Positions 7,585 to 15,971 of a stretch of 25,336 bases of DNA are shown here, piece by piece. The first letter of the stretch is position 1; each line of letters opens with the position of its first letter. Origin of the DNA: a virus (lineage: Duplodnaviria > Caudoviricetes); the IMG/VR virus record IMGVR_UViG_3300048849_000019, positions 1 through 25,336 of that record. The stretch is one strand, 5' to 3'. The notes under the pieces are model-generated. The model saw nothing but the letters and a program-made list of their open reading frames with translations, did not search any database and was not told the DNA's origin. Made by a program: the position numbers and the translations under genes.

Positions 7585-8048
7585 GCCGACATACCCGCGT
7601 TGACCAGGTCGCCCGCCATCAGCTGGCTCGAGTCGGCCATGGCGACATCGTCGTCGACCCGACTTTCGTCCACGCGCTTCAGCGAAAGGTCGAACTCGAT
7701 GCGGCGCGGCGTGCCGTCGCCGAAGAAGAGCGTCGCGGTCTCGGTGAGGTTGTCGATCACGTAAGCGCCGTAGACGCTGCCAGTGCCGTCGACGAGCACG
7801 TAGGCCAGTCCGGTATCACCCATCTTGCGTAATGCGTCCAGCGAGGCCCTGCGGCCCTGGATCTGGGGGGTAATCAGGCCGGGCAGGTTCACGGTCTCCG
7901 CGCCGATGCCCAGAAACTGATTTCCGTCCCGCGTGCCGATGCGAGCCACGTCGGCGTGCTTCCAGGCGTTCACCCGGCGGAATTCCTGGTAGGCGAGGGT
8001 TTCCATGCCGAAGGCGAACAGCCCGAGCGACATCATGTTGTTGGCCAT
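7581..8048 (-). CDS. U: P2 gpU-like tail protein
   Basis: MMSLGLFAF...QFLGIG...LVDGTGSVYG...FFGDGTPRRIEFDLSLKRVD. ATG 8048 follows a GGGGGA ribosome-binding sequence; the start is slightly uncertain. Confidence 0.92.
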   Translation of the reverse strand: MANNMMSLGLFAFGMETLAYQEFRRVNAWKHADVARIGTRDGNQFLGIGAETVNLPGLITPQIQGRRASLDALRKMGDTGLAYVLVDGTGSVYGAYVIDNLTETATLFFGDGTPRRIEFDLSLKRVDESRVDDDVAMADSSQLMAGDLVNAGMSA

Positions 8049-8050
8049 GC

Positions 8051-10630
8051 TCAATCCCCCCGGTCAGACATGCTCGAGCGGCCGCGCGCTGCGCGATCGC
8101 TGTCACGCTGCTCGAGCTGCTGGCGAACGGCGGCCGCGATCGCCTGCGGATCTGCGCCGCCGGTGACGTTGATGTGAATCGTGATGGTGTCGCCGGCGAC
8201 GACGGGCGCCGGGCGTGCAGCTGCAGCTGCGGCGATCGGCGGACGGGTGTCGAAGCGCAGCGGCTCGGCGTCGCCCAGCACGCCGGCGCCAGCCGGCGAC
8301 AGCGCGCCGCCGGCGATGAGGGCCGTGGCCAGGGCTTTCGTCGCGCGGATGGCGTCAGGCTGCGCGCGCTCGATGCCGATCGCGGCGCCCTCGCTGATGT
8401 TCCCGCCGTAGCCGATGAACACCCGGCTCGGCGAGTGGATGCCCAGCTTCTCCTTGAACCATGACATCGTGCTGTCGGCCGCGCCGCCGATCGCGTCCTT
8501 CACGACGCCCAGACTGTTCGAGATCCCGGCCGCGAACCCCTGCAGGACCATGCTGCCGGCCTCGGTGAACTTCGCGGGCAGGTCCACGCCCAGATAGCTC
8601 ATCACGGCCGCGAACGCGGTGTAGAGCAGCCCGACCGGCGACCAGTTGACCAGCATCGCGCTGATGCTGCCGATGCCGCCGCTGAATGCTGTCTGCACCT
8701 GGCCCCAGAGACCGACGAAAAACGCCTTGATCGGATCCCAATACTGGTAGATCAGCAGCGCCGCCGTGCCGATCGCCGTGACGGCCAGGCCGATCGGGTT
8801 GGCCACCAGCGCCATGGTGACGGCGCGCACGGCGCCGAGCAGGAAGGGCAGCGCGCCCCTGGCTAGGCCCATCAGCACGCCGCCCAGGCCGCCGCCAGCG
8901 ATGCCGAGGTAGGACATGGCCAGCTTCAGCCCGGCCAGCGGGATGAGCACGCTTCCCACGATCAGCATCAGGCCGCCGAAGGCGAACAGCAGCGTCGCAA
9001 TCACGGCGACCACGCGCCCGATCGTCGCGACAAGCTCGGGATTCGCTCGCGCCCACGCGCCGACGCTCGAGGCCATGCGGCCCAGGTAGTTGAGGACGGC
9101 CTTCATGTCGGGTGCCATCGCAGCGCCGATGTCGGCCAGGGCGTTGGTGTAGCTGCCGCCGGCGGCGTCCGCGACGTTCTGCAGTGTGGTGAGCTGCGCC
9201 TTCACGCGCTCCTGCAGGGACGCCTGGCCGTCGAGCTTGCCCTTCATTTCCTGGTACCCGGCCATGCCTTTCGACATGATCGTGTTGACGACCTGCAGCG
9301 TCTCGGCGTCGTCGCCGAAGAGCTCCTTCAGCACGCTCATGCGCTTCATGCTGTTCAGGTCTTTCAGCTTGTCCAGCTGCGCGAAGAGCTTGTCGAGCCC
9401 GCCGAACTCGCCCTTGCCATCGGAAAAGTCGAGTTGCTGCTTCGGGTCGAGCAGGTCGTTCGCCTTGCCCAGCTTCTTGATGTCCAGCGTGGACTGGACG
9501 ACCTTGCGGATCGCGTTGCCCGATGCCTCGCCCGCCATGCCGGCCTGGTCCATCATCGCGACGAGCGGATTCAGCATCTGCACCGCCTCGAGGCCTTCCT
9601 TCTTGATGAGGCTCAGCGCCGGCGCGATCTTGCTGTAGGCGTTCAGCATGTTGTCGGGGTCGACGCCGGCGTAAAACCCGCGCTGGATGGCATCCATCAG
9701 CCCCATCATGTCGCCTTCGGTCGTGCGCGTGGCGTCCTGCATCTTGGCCGAGAACTCGGCGGCGCCGTCGAAGGGCATCTTCAGCAGCACGCCGGCGTAG
9801 GCCGTGGCCTCGCCAAGCCCGCCCAGGATGGCCTGGTCGCTCATGCCCTGACGTTTGAGCATGGTCATCATGTTCTGGAAGTCGGCGGTCGTGCCGGGTA
9901 GCAGGTCGCCGAGCTCGGTGGCCAGCCGCTTGATCTTCTCGTACTGGTCCGACACCTCGGCGCCCTTGCCCATCATCGACACCTGCAGCTGCGTCGCGGC
10001 GTCTTCCGCCGGCGCGAAAGCCTGCACGATCGCGCTGATCGGCGTGGTGACGGCGTAGCCGGCGCCGATGGCCACCGCGCCCGTCGCGGCTATGCTGCCG
10101 GCGGCGCTCTTCGACTTCGCATAGGCGGCATGCGCAGCGCCGAGGCGCTTCAGGCGACTCGCCTGGTCGGTGATCTGCCGATTCGTCTGGTCGATGTTCT
10201 CGCGAAGCCGGATCTCGTCGCGCGCCAGGTTGGCGGTCGACACGCCGGCGGTGGCCAGCCCGTCGCGAAGGCGCTGGAGCTCGGCACGCTGCTCGGCCTC
10301 GGCCGCCTCCAGCCGGCCGGCCGCGCGCACGGCGTTGTCGAAGTCCCGTTGCATGCCGCGCGTGGGCTCGGCAGTCCCGCGCATGGCGTTGGCCAGGTCG
10401 CGCACCTTGGCGCGCGCCTGGTCGAGATCTCCGCGCGTCTTGGCCAGACCCTGCGACAGTTCGCGGAACTCGCCCACCTCGCGCTGCGCGGCGTTCAGCT
10501 GCTTCACCTTGTCCCGCAGTGCTTTCATCTCTCGGCCGGCTGCGGTGGCGCCGCCGAGGATCCGATTCAGCGGCGCGGTGATGTTCTCCATGGCGCCCAG
10601 GATGATGCGAAGGCGTAGGTCGTTGCTCAT
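8051..10630 (-). CDS. T: tail tape-measure protein, 859 aa
   Basis: Ala/Gly-rich coiled-coil N-terminus, hydrophobic ANPIGLAV...YQYWDPIKAFF segment, C-terminal LGIHSPSRVF. Located after E/E'. Confidence 0.95.
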   Translation of the reverse strand: MSNDLRLRIILGAMENITAPLNRILGGATAAGREMKALRDKVKQLNAAQREVGEFRELSQGLAKTRGDLDQARAKVRDLANAMRGTAEPTRGMQRDFDNAVRAAGRLEAAEAEQRAELQRLRDGLATAGVSTANLARDEIRLRENIDQTNRQITDQASRLKRLGAAHAAYAKSKSAAGSIAATGAVAIGAGYAVTTPISAIVQAFAPAEDAATQLQVSMMGKGAEVSDQYEKIKRLATELGDLLPGTTADFQNMMTMLKRQGMSDQAILGGLGEATAYAGVLLKMPFDGAAEFSAKMQDATRTTEGDMMGLMDAIQRGFYAGVDPDNMLNAYSKIAPALSLIKKEGLEAVQMLNPLVAMMDQAGMAGEASGNAIRKVVQSTLDIKKLGKANDLLDPKQQLDFSDGKGEFGGLDKLFAQLDKLKDLNSMKRMSVLKELFGDDAETLQVVNTIMSKGMAGYQEMKGKLDGQASLQERVKAQLTTLQNVADAAGGSYTNALADIGAAMAPDMKAVLNYLGRMASSVGAWARANPELVATIGRVVAVIATLLFAFGGLMLIVGSVLIPLAGLKLAMSYLGIAGGGLGGVLMGLARGALPFLLGAVRAVTMALVANPIGLAVTAIGTAALLIYQYWDPIKAFFVGLWGQVQTAFSGGIGSISAMLVNWSPVGLLYTAFAAVMSYLGVDLPAKFTEAGSMVLQGFAAGISNSLGVVKDAIGGAADSTMSWFKEKLGIHSPSRVFIGYGGNISEGAAIGIERAQPDAIRATKALATALIAGGALSPAGAGVLGDAEPLRFDTRPPIAAAAAARPAPVVAGDTITIHINVTGGADPQAIAAAVRQQLEQRDSDRAARGRSSMSDRGD

Positions 10631-10743
10631 GTCTCGGATCCACTTCGTTGCCGGGCGCGCTCGCGCCAGGCCATCAGGTCGGCCAGGCCCATTTCATTCA
10701 TCGCGGCCGGTGGCCAATGGAAGACGACCGCGATGTCTGCCAT
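10627..10743 (-). CDS. E': gpE' tail-assembly chaperone extension (38 aa from its ATG; C-terminal part of the E+E' frameshift product)
   Basis: MADIAVVFHWPPAAMNEMGLADLMAWRERARQRSGSET matches the P2 GpE-family pattern. Its stop overlaps the T start (ATGA). Not in the ORF track. Confidence 0.9.
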   Translation of the reverse strand: MADIAVVFHWPPAAMNEMGLADLMAWRERARQRSGSET

Positions 10744-10751
10744 CGCGTCTT

Positions 10752-11075
10752 CTACTGCGCGAGGGATTCCCGCTGTGCCTTCTTGAGCAAAAAACTTGCG
10801 ATGCTCACGCCCATTTCGGTCAGGTCGGCCGGGTCCAGCGCGCGCACTTCGTGGTCGACCAGGCTGGGCGTCGAGATCCGGGGAATCAGACGGGTGAGGG
10901 TGCCGACTTCCATGGCGGCGACCTCGTGCAGCGACAGGCCGCGCAGTTCGCCGGCGGAAGGCTTGCGCAGCGTCACGGCGGCGATGGTCTGGTCACCGCG
11001 AACGATCGGCACGTCGAGGGTGACGATCACGTCGCTGGTGGGCGTGGCGGTGGTGGTGCTTGCGGCGTTGGCCAT
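10752..11075 (-). CDS. E: tail assembly chaperone gpE
   Basis: TLDVPIVRG...TLRKPSAGELRGLSL...LIPRISTPSL...LDPADL. ATG 11075 is preceded by GGAG. Confidence 0.9.
   Translation of the reverse strand: MANAASTTTATPTSDVIVTLDVPIVRGDQTIAAVTLRKPSAGELRGLSLHEVAAMEVGTLTRLIPRISTPSLVDHEVRALDPADLTEMGVSIASFLLKKAQRESLAQ
10788..10794 (-). promoter_or_regulatory. programmed -1 frameshift site TTTTTTG (E to E+E')
   Basis: mRNA reads AGT TTT TTG. The -1 frame is open (FAQEGTAGIPRAVEDA) and runs into MADIAVVFHW. Confidence 0.85.
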
Positions 11076-11131
11076 GGTGGCTCCGGTGGTGTGGTGAAGG
11101 GTGCCGGCGGGCAGGCGCCGCCGGCGGAAGA

Positions 11132-11647
11132 TCAAACGCCGATCGCGCGGCGGTGCTCGGCTAGGCGGTCGACGCCGCCATAGATCTCGATCATGTTGAT
11201 GAGGTCGATTTCCACGTCGACGACGCCATTGACCGATTCCTTGTAGTAGGTCGCATCGGTGGTGATCTTCGTCGTGGTGTCCTCGCCGGGCTTCATCTCG
11301 CCCCGGTCGATCTCGTTGTGCCGGCCGCGAATGACGATCTCGACGGCGTCGACAGCGCCGGTGTCGTCACGCTGCAGCGAGCAGACGAAACGCAGCATCA
11401 CGCCGCTCGCCGACGCGTTGCCCATCTGCTGGATGACCTGGCGGGCGTAGCCGCCCACCGTCCATTCGATCTGAAGGGCATCGTCGTCCAGGCCGTGGTC
11501 GACCTTGACGGCGCCGGCCAGGCCGCCGCCACGGAAGGGCTCATTCTTGCGGGTGAGCTTCGGCAGGGTGAACGATTCGGCCTCGCCCACGTAGGTGCGG
11601 CCTTCGTTGAAGATGTTGAGGTGCTTGAGTTTGGCGGGCAGGGCCAT
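11132..11647 (-). CDS. FII: major tail tube protein
   Basis: MALPAKLKHLNIFNEG...LPKLTRK...RGGG...GVDRLAEHRRAIG. Confidence 0.96.
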   Translation of the reverse strand: MALPAKLKHLNIFNEGRTYVGEAESFTLPKLTRKNEPFRGGGLAGAVKVDHGLDDDALQIEWTVGGYARQVIQQMGNASASGVMLRFVCSLQRDDTGAVDAVEIVIRGRHNEIDRGEMKPGEDTTTKITTDATYYKESVNGVVDVEIDLINMIEIYGGVDRLAEHRRAIGV

Positions 11648-11672
11648 GTGTTACTCCGGCGGGTGGTTGGGT

Positions 11673-11695
11673 GACCAGGTGCGCCGCACCTGGTC
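11673..11695. repeat. perfect inverted repeat between FI and FII
   Basis: GACCAGGTGC-GCC-GCACCTGGTC, a 10-bp stem with no U-tract. Confidence 0.7.
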
Positions 11696-11704
11696 GGATG
11701 GCGA

Positions 11705-12880
11705 TCAGCCGTTGATGCGCGACGCGAAGTCGATCAGGTAGGTGTCGGTGATTCGCTGCTGGAAATTCAGGTTTTCCAGCGGCGGGACCGGCGTGTAGTC
11801 GTAATCGATCGTGAGCTTGCCGCTCTTCAGGTTGTCGACGCTGTTCACCTCTTCGTCGTACCAGGCCTGGCCGTCGATGATGTACCCGCGCGCTTTCAGG
11901 TCGGCGAACTTGCGATTGATGCCTTCGATGATGTCGCGGATCAGCGAGGGATGCATCGGCGCGTCGACCGGCCACATATGGGCCTCGGCGATCGTGTCGG
12001 CGATCACCTGCGCCGTGCGGGTGTAGTTCTCGAACGGGAACAGGCTGTCGGCGCCGGCGCAGGTCCGGCTACCCCAGAAGCGGAAGCCGTTGTGGTTGAT
12101 GAGCGTCGTGACATCGAGGGCGTTCAGGTAGCCCGCATCGGTGGCCGGGTTCTGCAGATCCCAGAACACGCTGCGGCTGATCCCGGTCACGTTGTTCACG
12201 ACGACGTTGGACAGCGTCTTGTGCCAGCCGACCTCTTCGTCGAGCTTGGCGCGCAGGCCGAGGGCGACGGCGGTCGACGACAGCGTCGACGCGCTGCTGG
12301 TGACGGTGTTCCAGTTCTGGAAGTCCGGCCAGATCACCATGATTTCGCGCTGGCCGAAGGATTCGCGGTAGGCCGCGACCTCTTCCTTCGTCTGGCAGTC
12401 CCACGCCGACACGTAGGCGAAGGCGCGCAGCTGCTCGGCGACGCTGGCCAGGGCAACCGCGACCGCCTTGGTATCCAAGCCAGGCGCGCCGAGGATGCGC
12501 GGCTTGACCTGCAGCTGGCTCTGGGCGGCCAGCAGCGCCCGCATGCCGGTGTACTGGCCTTGCGCGTTGGTGCCGCCGATCACGTTGGTGGTGGTCTCGG
12601 CTTCGTCGTCGCCTTCGGCCACGCGCACGACGATCGTGAGCGGGCGCGCTTGGCTCGCGATCGCGTTCAGCGTGCGGGCGAGGGTGCCGGTCGTGCCAGC
12701 CTTGCCGACAGCCGTCAGCACGTTGGTGACGAGGACGGGCACGTTCAGGGGGAACATGGTCGCGTCGGCATCGTCGGCCGTGGCGATCAGGCCGATGACG
12801 GCGGTTGCGATGGTGCGGATCGGGCGCGTGCCGGCGTTGATTTCGACGACGCGCGTGCCGTGGTGGTAATCGGTGGCCAT
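11705..12880 (-). CDS. FI: tail sheath protein
   Basis: MATDYHHG...VKPRILGAPGLD...GWHKTLSNV...GFRFWGSRTC...DYDYTPVPPLENL. Confidence 0.97.
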   Translation of the reverse strand: MATDYHHGTRVVEINAGTRPIRTIATAVIGLIATADDADATMFPLNVPVLVTNVLTAVGKAGTTGTLARTLNAIASQARPLTIVVRVAEGDDEAETTTNVIGGTNAQGQYTGMRALLAAQSQLQVKPRILGAPGLDTKAVAVALASVAEQLRAFAYVSAWDCQTKEEVAAYRESFGQREIMVIWPDFQNWNTVTSSASTLSSTAVALGLRAKLDEEVGWHKTLSNVVVNNVTGISRSVFWDLQNPATDAGYLNALDVTTLINHNGFRFWGSRTCAGADSLFPFENYTRTAQVIADTIAEAHMWPVDAPMHPSLIRDIIEGINRKFADLKARGYIIDGQAWYDEEVNSVDNLKSGKLTIDYDYTPVPPLENLNFQQRITDTYLIDFASRING

Positions 12881-12945
12881 GGAATTCTCCGGGAGGCGGT
12901 TGTATGGACTGCGGCAGCGGCGCTGCCAGGGAAACGGGGCGCGGG

Positions 12946-13410
12946 CTATGCCTGCGGCGTCCAGTTCGACGGACGTTCGGACAACTGCACGGGTGCGGCA
13001 AGGATCTCGCCGGCGCGGGGTTCCTTGATGAGGCCCTTCGCCACCAGCGCCTGCAGGCCTTGCTGGGCGTCTTCGCCGTTGAGGTCGATGTATTCGCTGA
13101 CGGTCACGAACAGCATCACGTCAGCGACGACGATGTCTGTTTGCTGCGCGGCGGTGATGACCGCGCGTTCCTCGAGGGTGAAGCGCTTCAGGAATGCCAG
13201 CCGGGTGATGCGCCTGTCCTCGACGACCGGGGGCGTCGGCAGGTCGGGCGTGGGTGCGGGCGGCGCCCAGCCGTCGCCGGACAACTTCCAGCCAGGCCGG
13301 ATATCGTCCGGTACGGGAGCGAATTGGGCAGCAAGGGCCGGGTGATACAGCTTCGGATTGCCGGTGATTTCCGCGACGGTATCGCCGTCGAAGCGTGCGT
13401 AGTTCGTCAT
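12946..13410 (-). CDS. putative tail-fibre-associated/assembly protein, 154 aa
   Basis: Starts 3 nt after the Gly-rich gene. N-terminal YARF...VPDDIRPGW domain, Pro-rich linker, helical RRITRLAFLKRFTLEER domain. Occupies the position of P2 gene G. Confidence 0.6.
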   Translation of the reverse strand: MTNYARFDGDTVAEITGNPKLYHPALAAQFAPVPDDIRPGWKLSGDGWAPPAPTPDLPTPPVVEDRRITRLAFLKRFTLEERAVITAAQQTDIVVADVMLFVTVSEYIDLNGEDAQQGLQALVAKGLIKEPRAGEILAAPVQLSERPSNWTPQA

Positions 13411-13413
13411 GGC

Positions 13414-14283
13414 TCAATACTCCACAACGACGGAACCATTGCCGCCGTAGGTGATCGGGTAGGACTGTCCTGGAACGACGGGGATTTCGCCCATCGCGAA
13501 GCCGCCGCCGCCGCCGCCAGGCCCTTGCATACCGGTCCTGCCGCCGCCGGTATACGGTTGCGCCTGCGCGCCCGGCGAGGACCAGAACCCTTGTGTCGAG
13601 ACCTGGCCGCCTGAGCCGCCCGCCGACCATCCAGCGGCCACGGTTGCCGCCCCTCCCTGGCCAGGGCCGGCCGCACCAGGAACCCCGGTGTAGGGAACGC
13701 CCAGGTTCGGGAACGATTCGCCCGGAAACCGCGCGTAAAGGGAGATGACGCCCATCAAGAATGCGTCGCCTGCAGCTGGGTTTGCTGGTGTGCCGGATGC
13801 GCCAGGCGTGCCGCCAATCTGGCCGCCGGGAGTCGCGTCGCCGCCGTTGCCGAGGACGGACCCAGCCGCCCCGCCGGCGCCGCCGGCATAGGCCGAGCCC
13901 GAACCGCTCCAGGACGGCGTATCCGAACCCTTGCCCCCGTTCGCCCGGTAGTCACCGCCGATGCCGACGCCGCCGGTGCCGCCCGTGCTGCCCGGTACTG
14001 CTCCGCCACCAGTCGCAGAGATCAGCCCGCCGAACGAACTTGTCGGCCCGGCCCCCGGTGTGCCGAACACCGACCCCGACCCCGTGCAGCGAACGCGCAC
14101 CAAGGTGACGCCGGGCGGGCAGACCCATTGCACGGTCACGGAATCGCCGGACCCGCTCTCGTGCCCGAAGAGTCGGAACCGCATGGAGCCGAACGGCTCC
14201 ATGCGACCACGAGCGGACGCCCAGGGCAGGCCGGCGACGGCCGCCGCAACGGCCGTGGGGGCTGCGGTGAGGAAGCGGCCCAT
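13414..14283 (-). CDS. glycine-rich tail-fibre/receptor-binding-like protein, 289 aa
   Basis: WVCPPGVTLVRVRCTGSG...SSFGGLISATGG...GGGGGGFA...VVPGQSYPITYGGNGSVVVEY. TAATG coupling to the upstream gene. Confidence 0.7.
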   Translation of the reverse strand: MGRFLTAAPTAVAAAVAGLPWASARGRMEPFGSMRFRLFGHESGSGDSVTVQWVCPPGVTLVRVRCTGSGSVFGTPGAGPTSSFGGLISATGGGAVPGSTGGTGGVGIGGDYRANGGKGSDTPSWSGSGSAYAGGAGGAAGSVLGNGGDATPGGQIGGTPGASGTPANPAAGDAFLMGVISLYARFPGESFPNLGVPYTGVPGAAGPGQGGAATVAAGWSAGGSGGQVSTQGFWSSPGAQAQPYTGGGRTGMQGPGGGGGGFAMGEIPVVPGQSYPITYGGNGSVVVEY

Positions 14284-14609
14284 TACGCCGCTTCCTCGAA
14301 GCCATGCACGCGCACGCTCACGTCGGCGGTTGACGCGCGAACGAATACCTTTTCACCGGCCGAGCACACGACGCCGCTGCGCTCGAGCACGCCATTGGCG
14401 GGCACAGACGTGTCGTACTCGAGGAAGTCCGCCGCCGTGGGGGCGCCAGCCGATCCGACGCCGACCGCGATGCGGACCTTGGCGGCGGCCGCGCCTTTGT
14501 TGCAGGCGCTGATGCTCACGGTGGCCACCGTCGACGCCGGCACCGTGTAGATCGCGGTGTCGACGTTGGCGGTGGTCAGCGCGGCGGCGCCGAGTTTGCC
14601 TGCTGCCAT
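14283..14609 (-). CDS. small beta-rich tail-fibre module protein, 108 aa (MAAGKLG...)
   Basis: ATG 14609 with AAGGAG upstream, 10 nt after the H stop. IYTVPAST...LEYDTSVPANGVLERSGVV pattern. Confidence 0.75.
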   Translation of the reverse strand: MAAGKLGAAALTTANVDTAIYTVPASTVATVSISACNKGAAAAKVRIAVGVGSAGAPTAADFLEYDTSVPANGVLERSGVVCSAGEKVFVRASTADVSVRVHGFEEAA

Positions 14610-14619
14610 GCTGGGCTCC

Positions 14620-15360
14620 TTAGAAAGTGGCGTGGAAATACCGCTGGGCGCGGGCGCCGCGTAGCAGCGCCTGCATGCGCGCAGCGGTGAGGTACTGGGT
14701 ATGCGGGTCTTGCGTTGGGTTGACGTGTGCGGACAGTGACGCGGCCAGTTCGATATCGGTGGCGATCGCGGGCGGCAGCTGCGACAGCGGCACCAGGCCG
14801 TCGCCGTCGAGCGATGCGACGCCATCGGCCACGCCGCGCTGCGCCTTGCGCAGGTACTGCGGGTGCGGGTCGGTCTTCGCTTCGTGCGCAGCGATGGCGT
14901 TCATCAGCGCCTGGTGAGTGGCCACCGACACCGACGGATCGACGGTCAGTTGCACCAGCGAGGCATTGCCCACCTGCAGAATCATGCGAATGACCAGGTC
15001 GCGGCCGCTGCCCTCCGTCAGGACAGGCTTGTAGGTCTCGGGGAAGTTGCCCACCGCGAGCAGGCGCGCGGCGGCGCCGCCGATCAGGCCGATCTCTCGC
15101 ACGGTCCAGCCGCCGACCTCGGTCGGTACGACGGCTTCCACGATCAGCCACGAAGGGTTTTCGGGGTCGACCGTGATGCTGCTCAGCGGCACTCGGTGAA
15201 CCTCGCGCTTCAGCGCCGTCATGGCCTCGGTGGGCACGATCGGCGCCCCGTTGCCGTCGCCGAGCGCCAGGTGAGTGAGCTCGACAGTCGTGCCGGCCGC
15301 TTGCGCGTTGATGACCGCAGCCGCGCCGCTGGTCGTCAGCAGGGTGAAGTAAGTGCTCAT
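14620..15360 (-). CDS. H: short gpH-like tail fibre (baseplate-anchoring N-terminal domain, DUF3751-like), 246 aa
   Basis: MSTYFTLLTTSG...LALGDGNG...EVGGWTVREIGL...GNFPETYKP...EGSGR...DPSV, followed by two DPH(P/T)QYL repeats. ATG 15360 overlaps the I stop. Confidence 0.88.
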   Translation of the reverse strand: MSTYFTLLTTSGAAAVINAQAAGTTVELTHLALGDGNGAPIVPTEAMTALKREVHRVPLSSITVDPENPSWLIVEAVVPTEVGGWTVREIGLIGGAAARLLAVGNFPETYKPVLTEGSGRDLVIRMILQVGNASLVQLTVDPSVSVATHQALMNAIAAHEAKTDPHPQYLRKAQRGVADGVASLDGDGLVPLSQLPPAIATDIELAASLSAHVNPTQDPHTQYLTAARMQALLRGARAQRYFHATF

Positions 15361-15971
15361 ACGGCCCTTGGATAGATGGAAGTGGTTGCACAGTCGTAGT
15401 GCCCGATGCCAGCGCTCACGCGCAGCGCCGGCGCTGTGATGTCGGCGACCTGGTGCGGCTGGATCGTGACCTGGTCGCCGCCGAGCGCCGCGCACCCGGC
15501 GTAGACGGCCCCCCGGCTGGCCACAGAGATGACCAGGCGGCGCAAGTGCGACCTGGCCGGCTTGTACGCGTCGATCAGCTGGGTGATCTGGGGGTAGAGG
15601 TCTTCGGTCAGCGGGCGGTCGGTGACGGCGATGTCGACATCGAATTCCGCCCAATGCGCGCCCTCGGGGCGCTCGATCAGCTTCGCGCTGTCGACCACGC
15701 GTGACAGGGCACGCTTGACGGCCCACGGCGTGCCGCGCCGGCGGTGCAAAGCGAAGGCCTCGGCGATGGCCGTGCGCTTGTTCGCTTCCGACCAGGTCGG
15801 ATTCCACTCGTCGACGGCGACCGACCAGGCAAGCCACGGCAGCAGCGCCGCACCGATCGCGTGCGGGTTCCAGGCGTCGCGCGCCGGCGTTGGCAGTGCG
15901 GTCGCCTCGGCGAGCGTTTCAGCGGTCGCACGGGCGAGCGGCGTGGCGTTGGGGGCGAGCAGGCTACCCAT
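15357..15971 (-). CDS. I: tail/baseplate protein I
   Basis: LLAPNATPL...LLPWLAWSVAVDEW...HRRRGTPWAVKRAL...KPARSHL. Confidence 0.95.
   Translation of the reverse strand: MGSLLAPNATPLARATAETLAEATALPTPARDAWNPHAIGAALLPWLAWSVAVDEWNPTWSEANKRTAIAEAFALHRRRGTPWAVKRALSRVVDSAKLIERPEGAHWAEFDVDIAVTDRPLTEDLYPQITQLIDAYKPARSHLRRLVISVASRGAVYAGCAALGGDQVTIQPHQVADITAPALRVSAGIGHYDCATTSIYPRAV

Noticed and set aside
8355-10643. 762-aa Arg-rich minus-strand ORF and the other long alternative-frame ORFs across the tail and head genes
   Set aside because: Off-frame or antisense to well-supported structural genes, with the Arg/Gly/Pro-rich composition expected from high-GC frames.
13414-14283. GCC/GGC-rich repeats as a tandem array, CRISPR or diversity-generating target
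   Set aside because: They are explained by glycine codons. I found no regular repeat-spacer pattern, duplicated template region or reverse transcriptase.
14283-15837. Extended starts at 14825 and 15837 for the fibre-module genes
   Set aside because: They overlap H and I extensively. The internal ATGs at 14609 (AAGGAG RBS) and 15360 (ATGA coupling) fit better.
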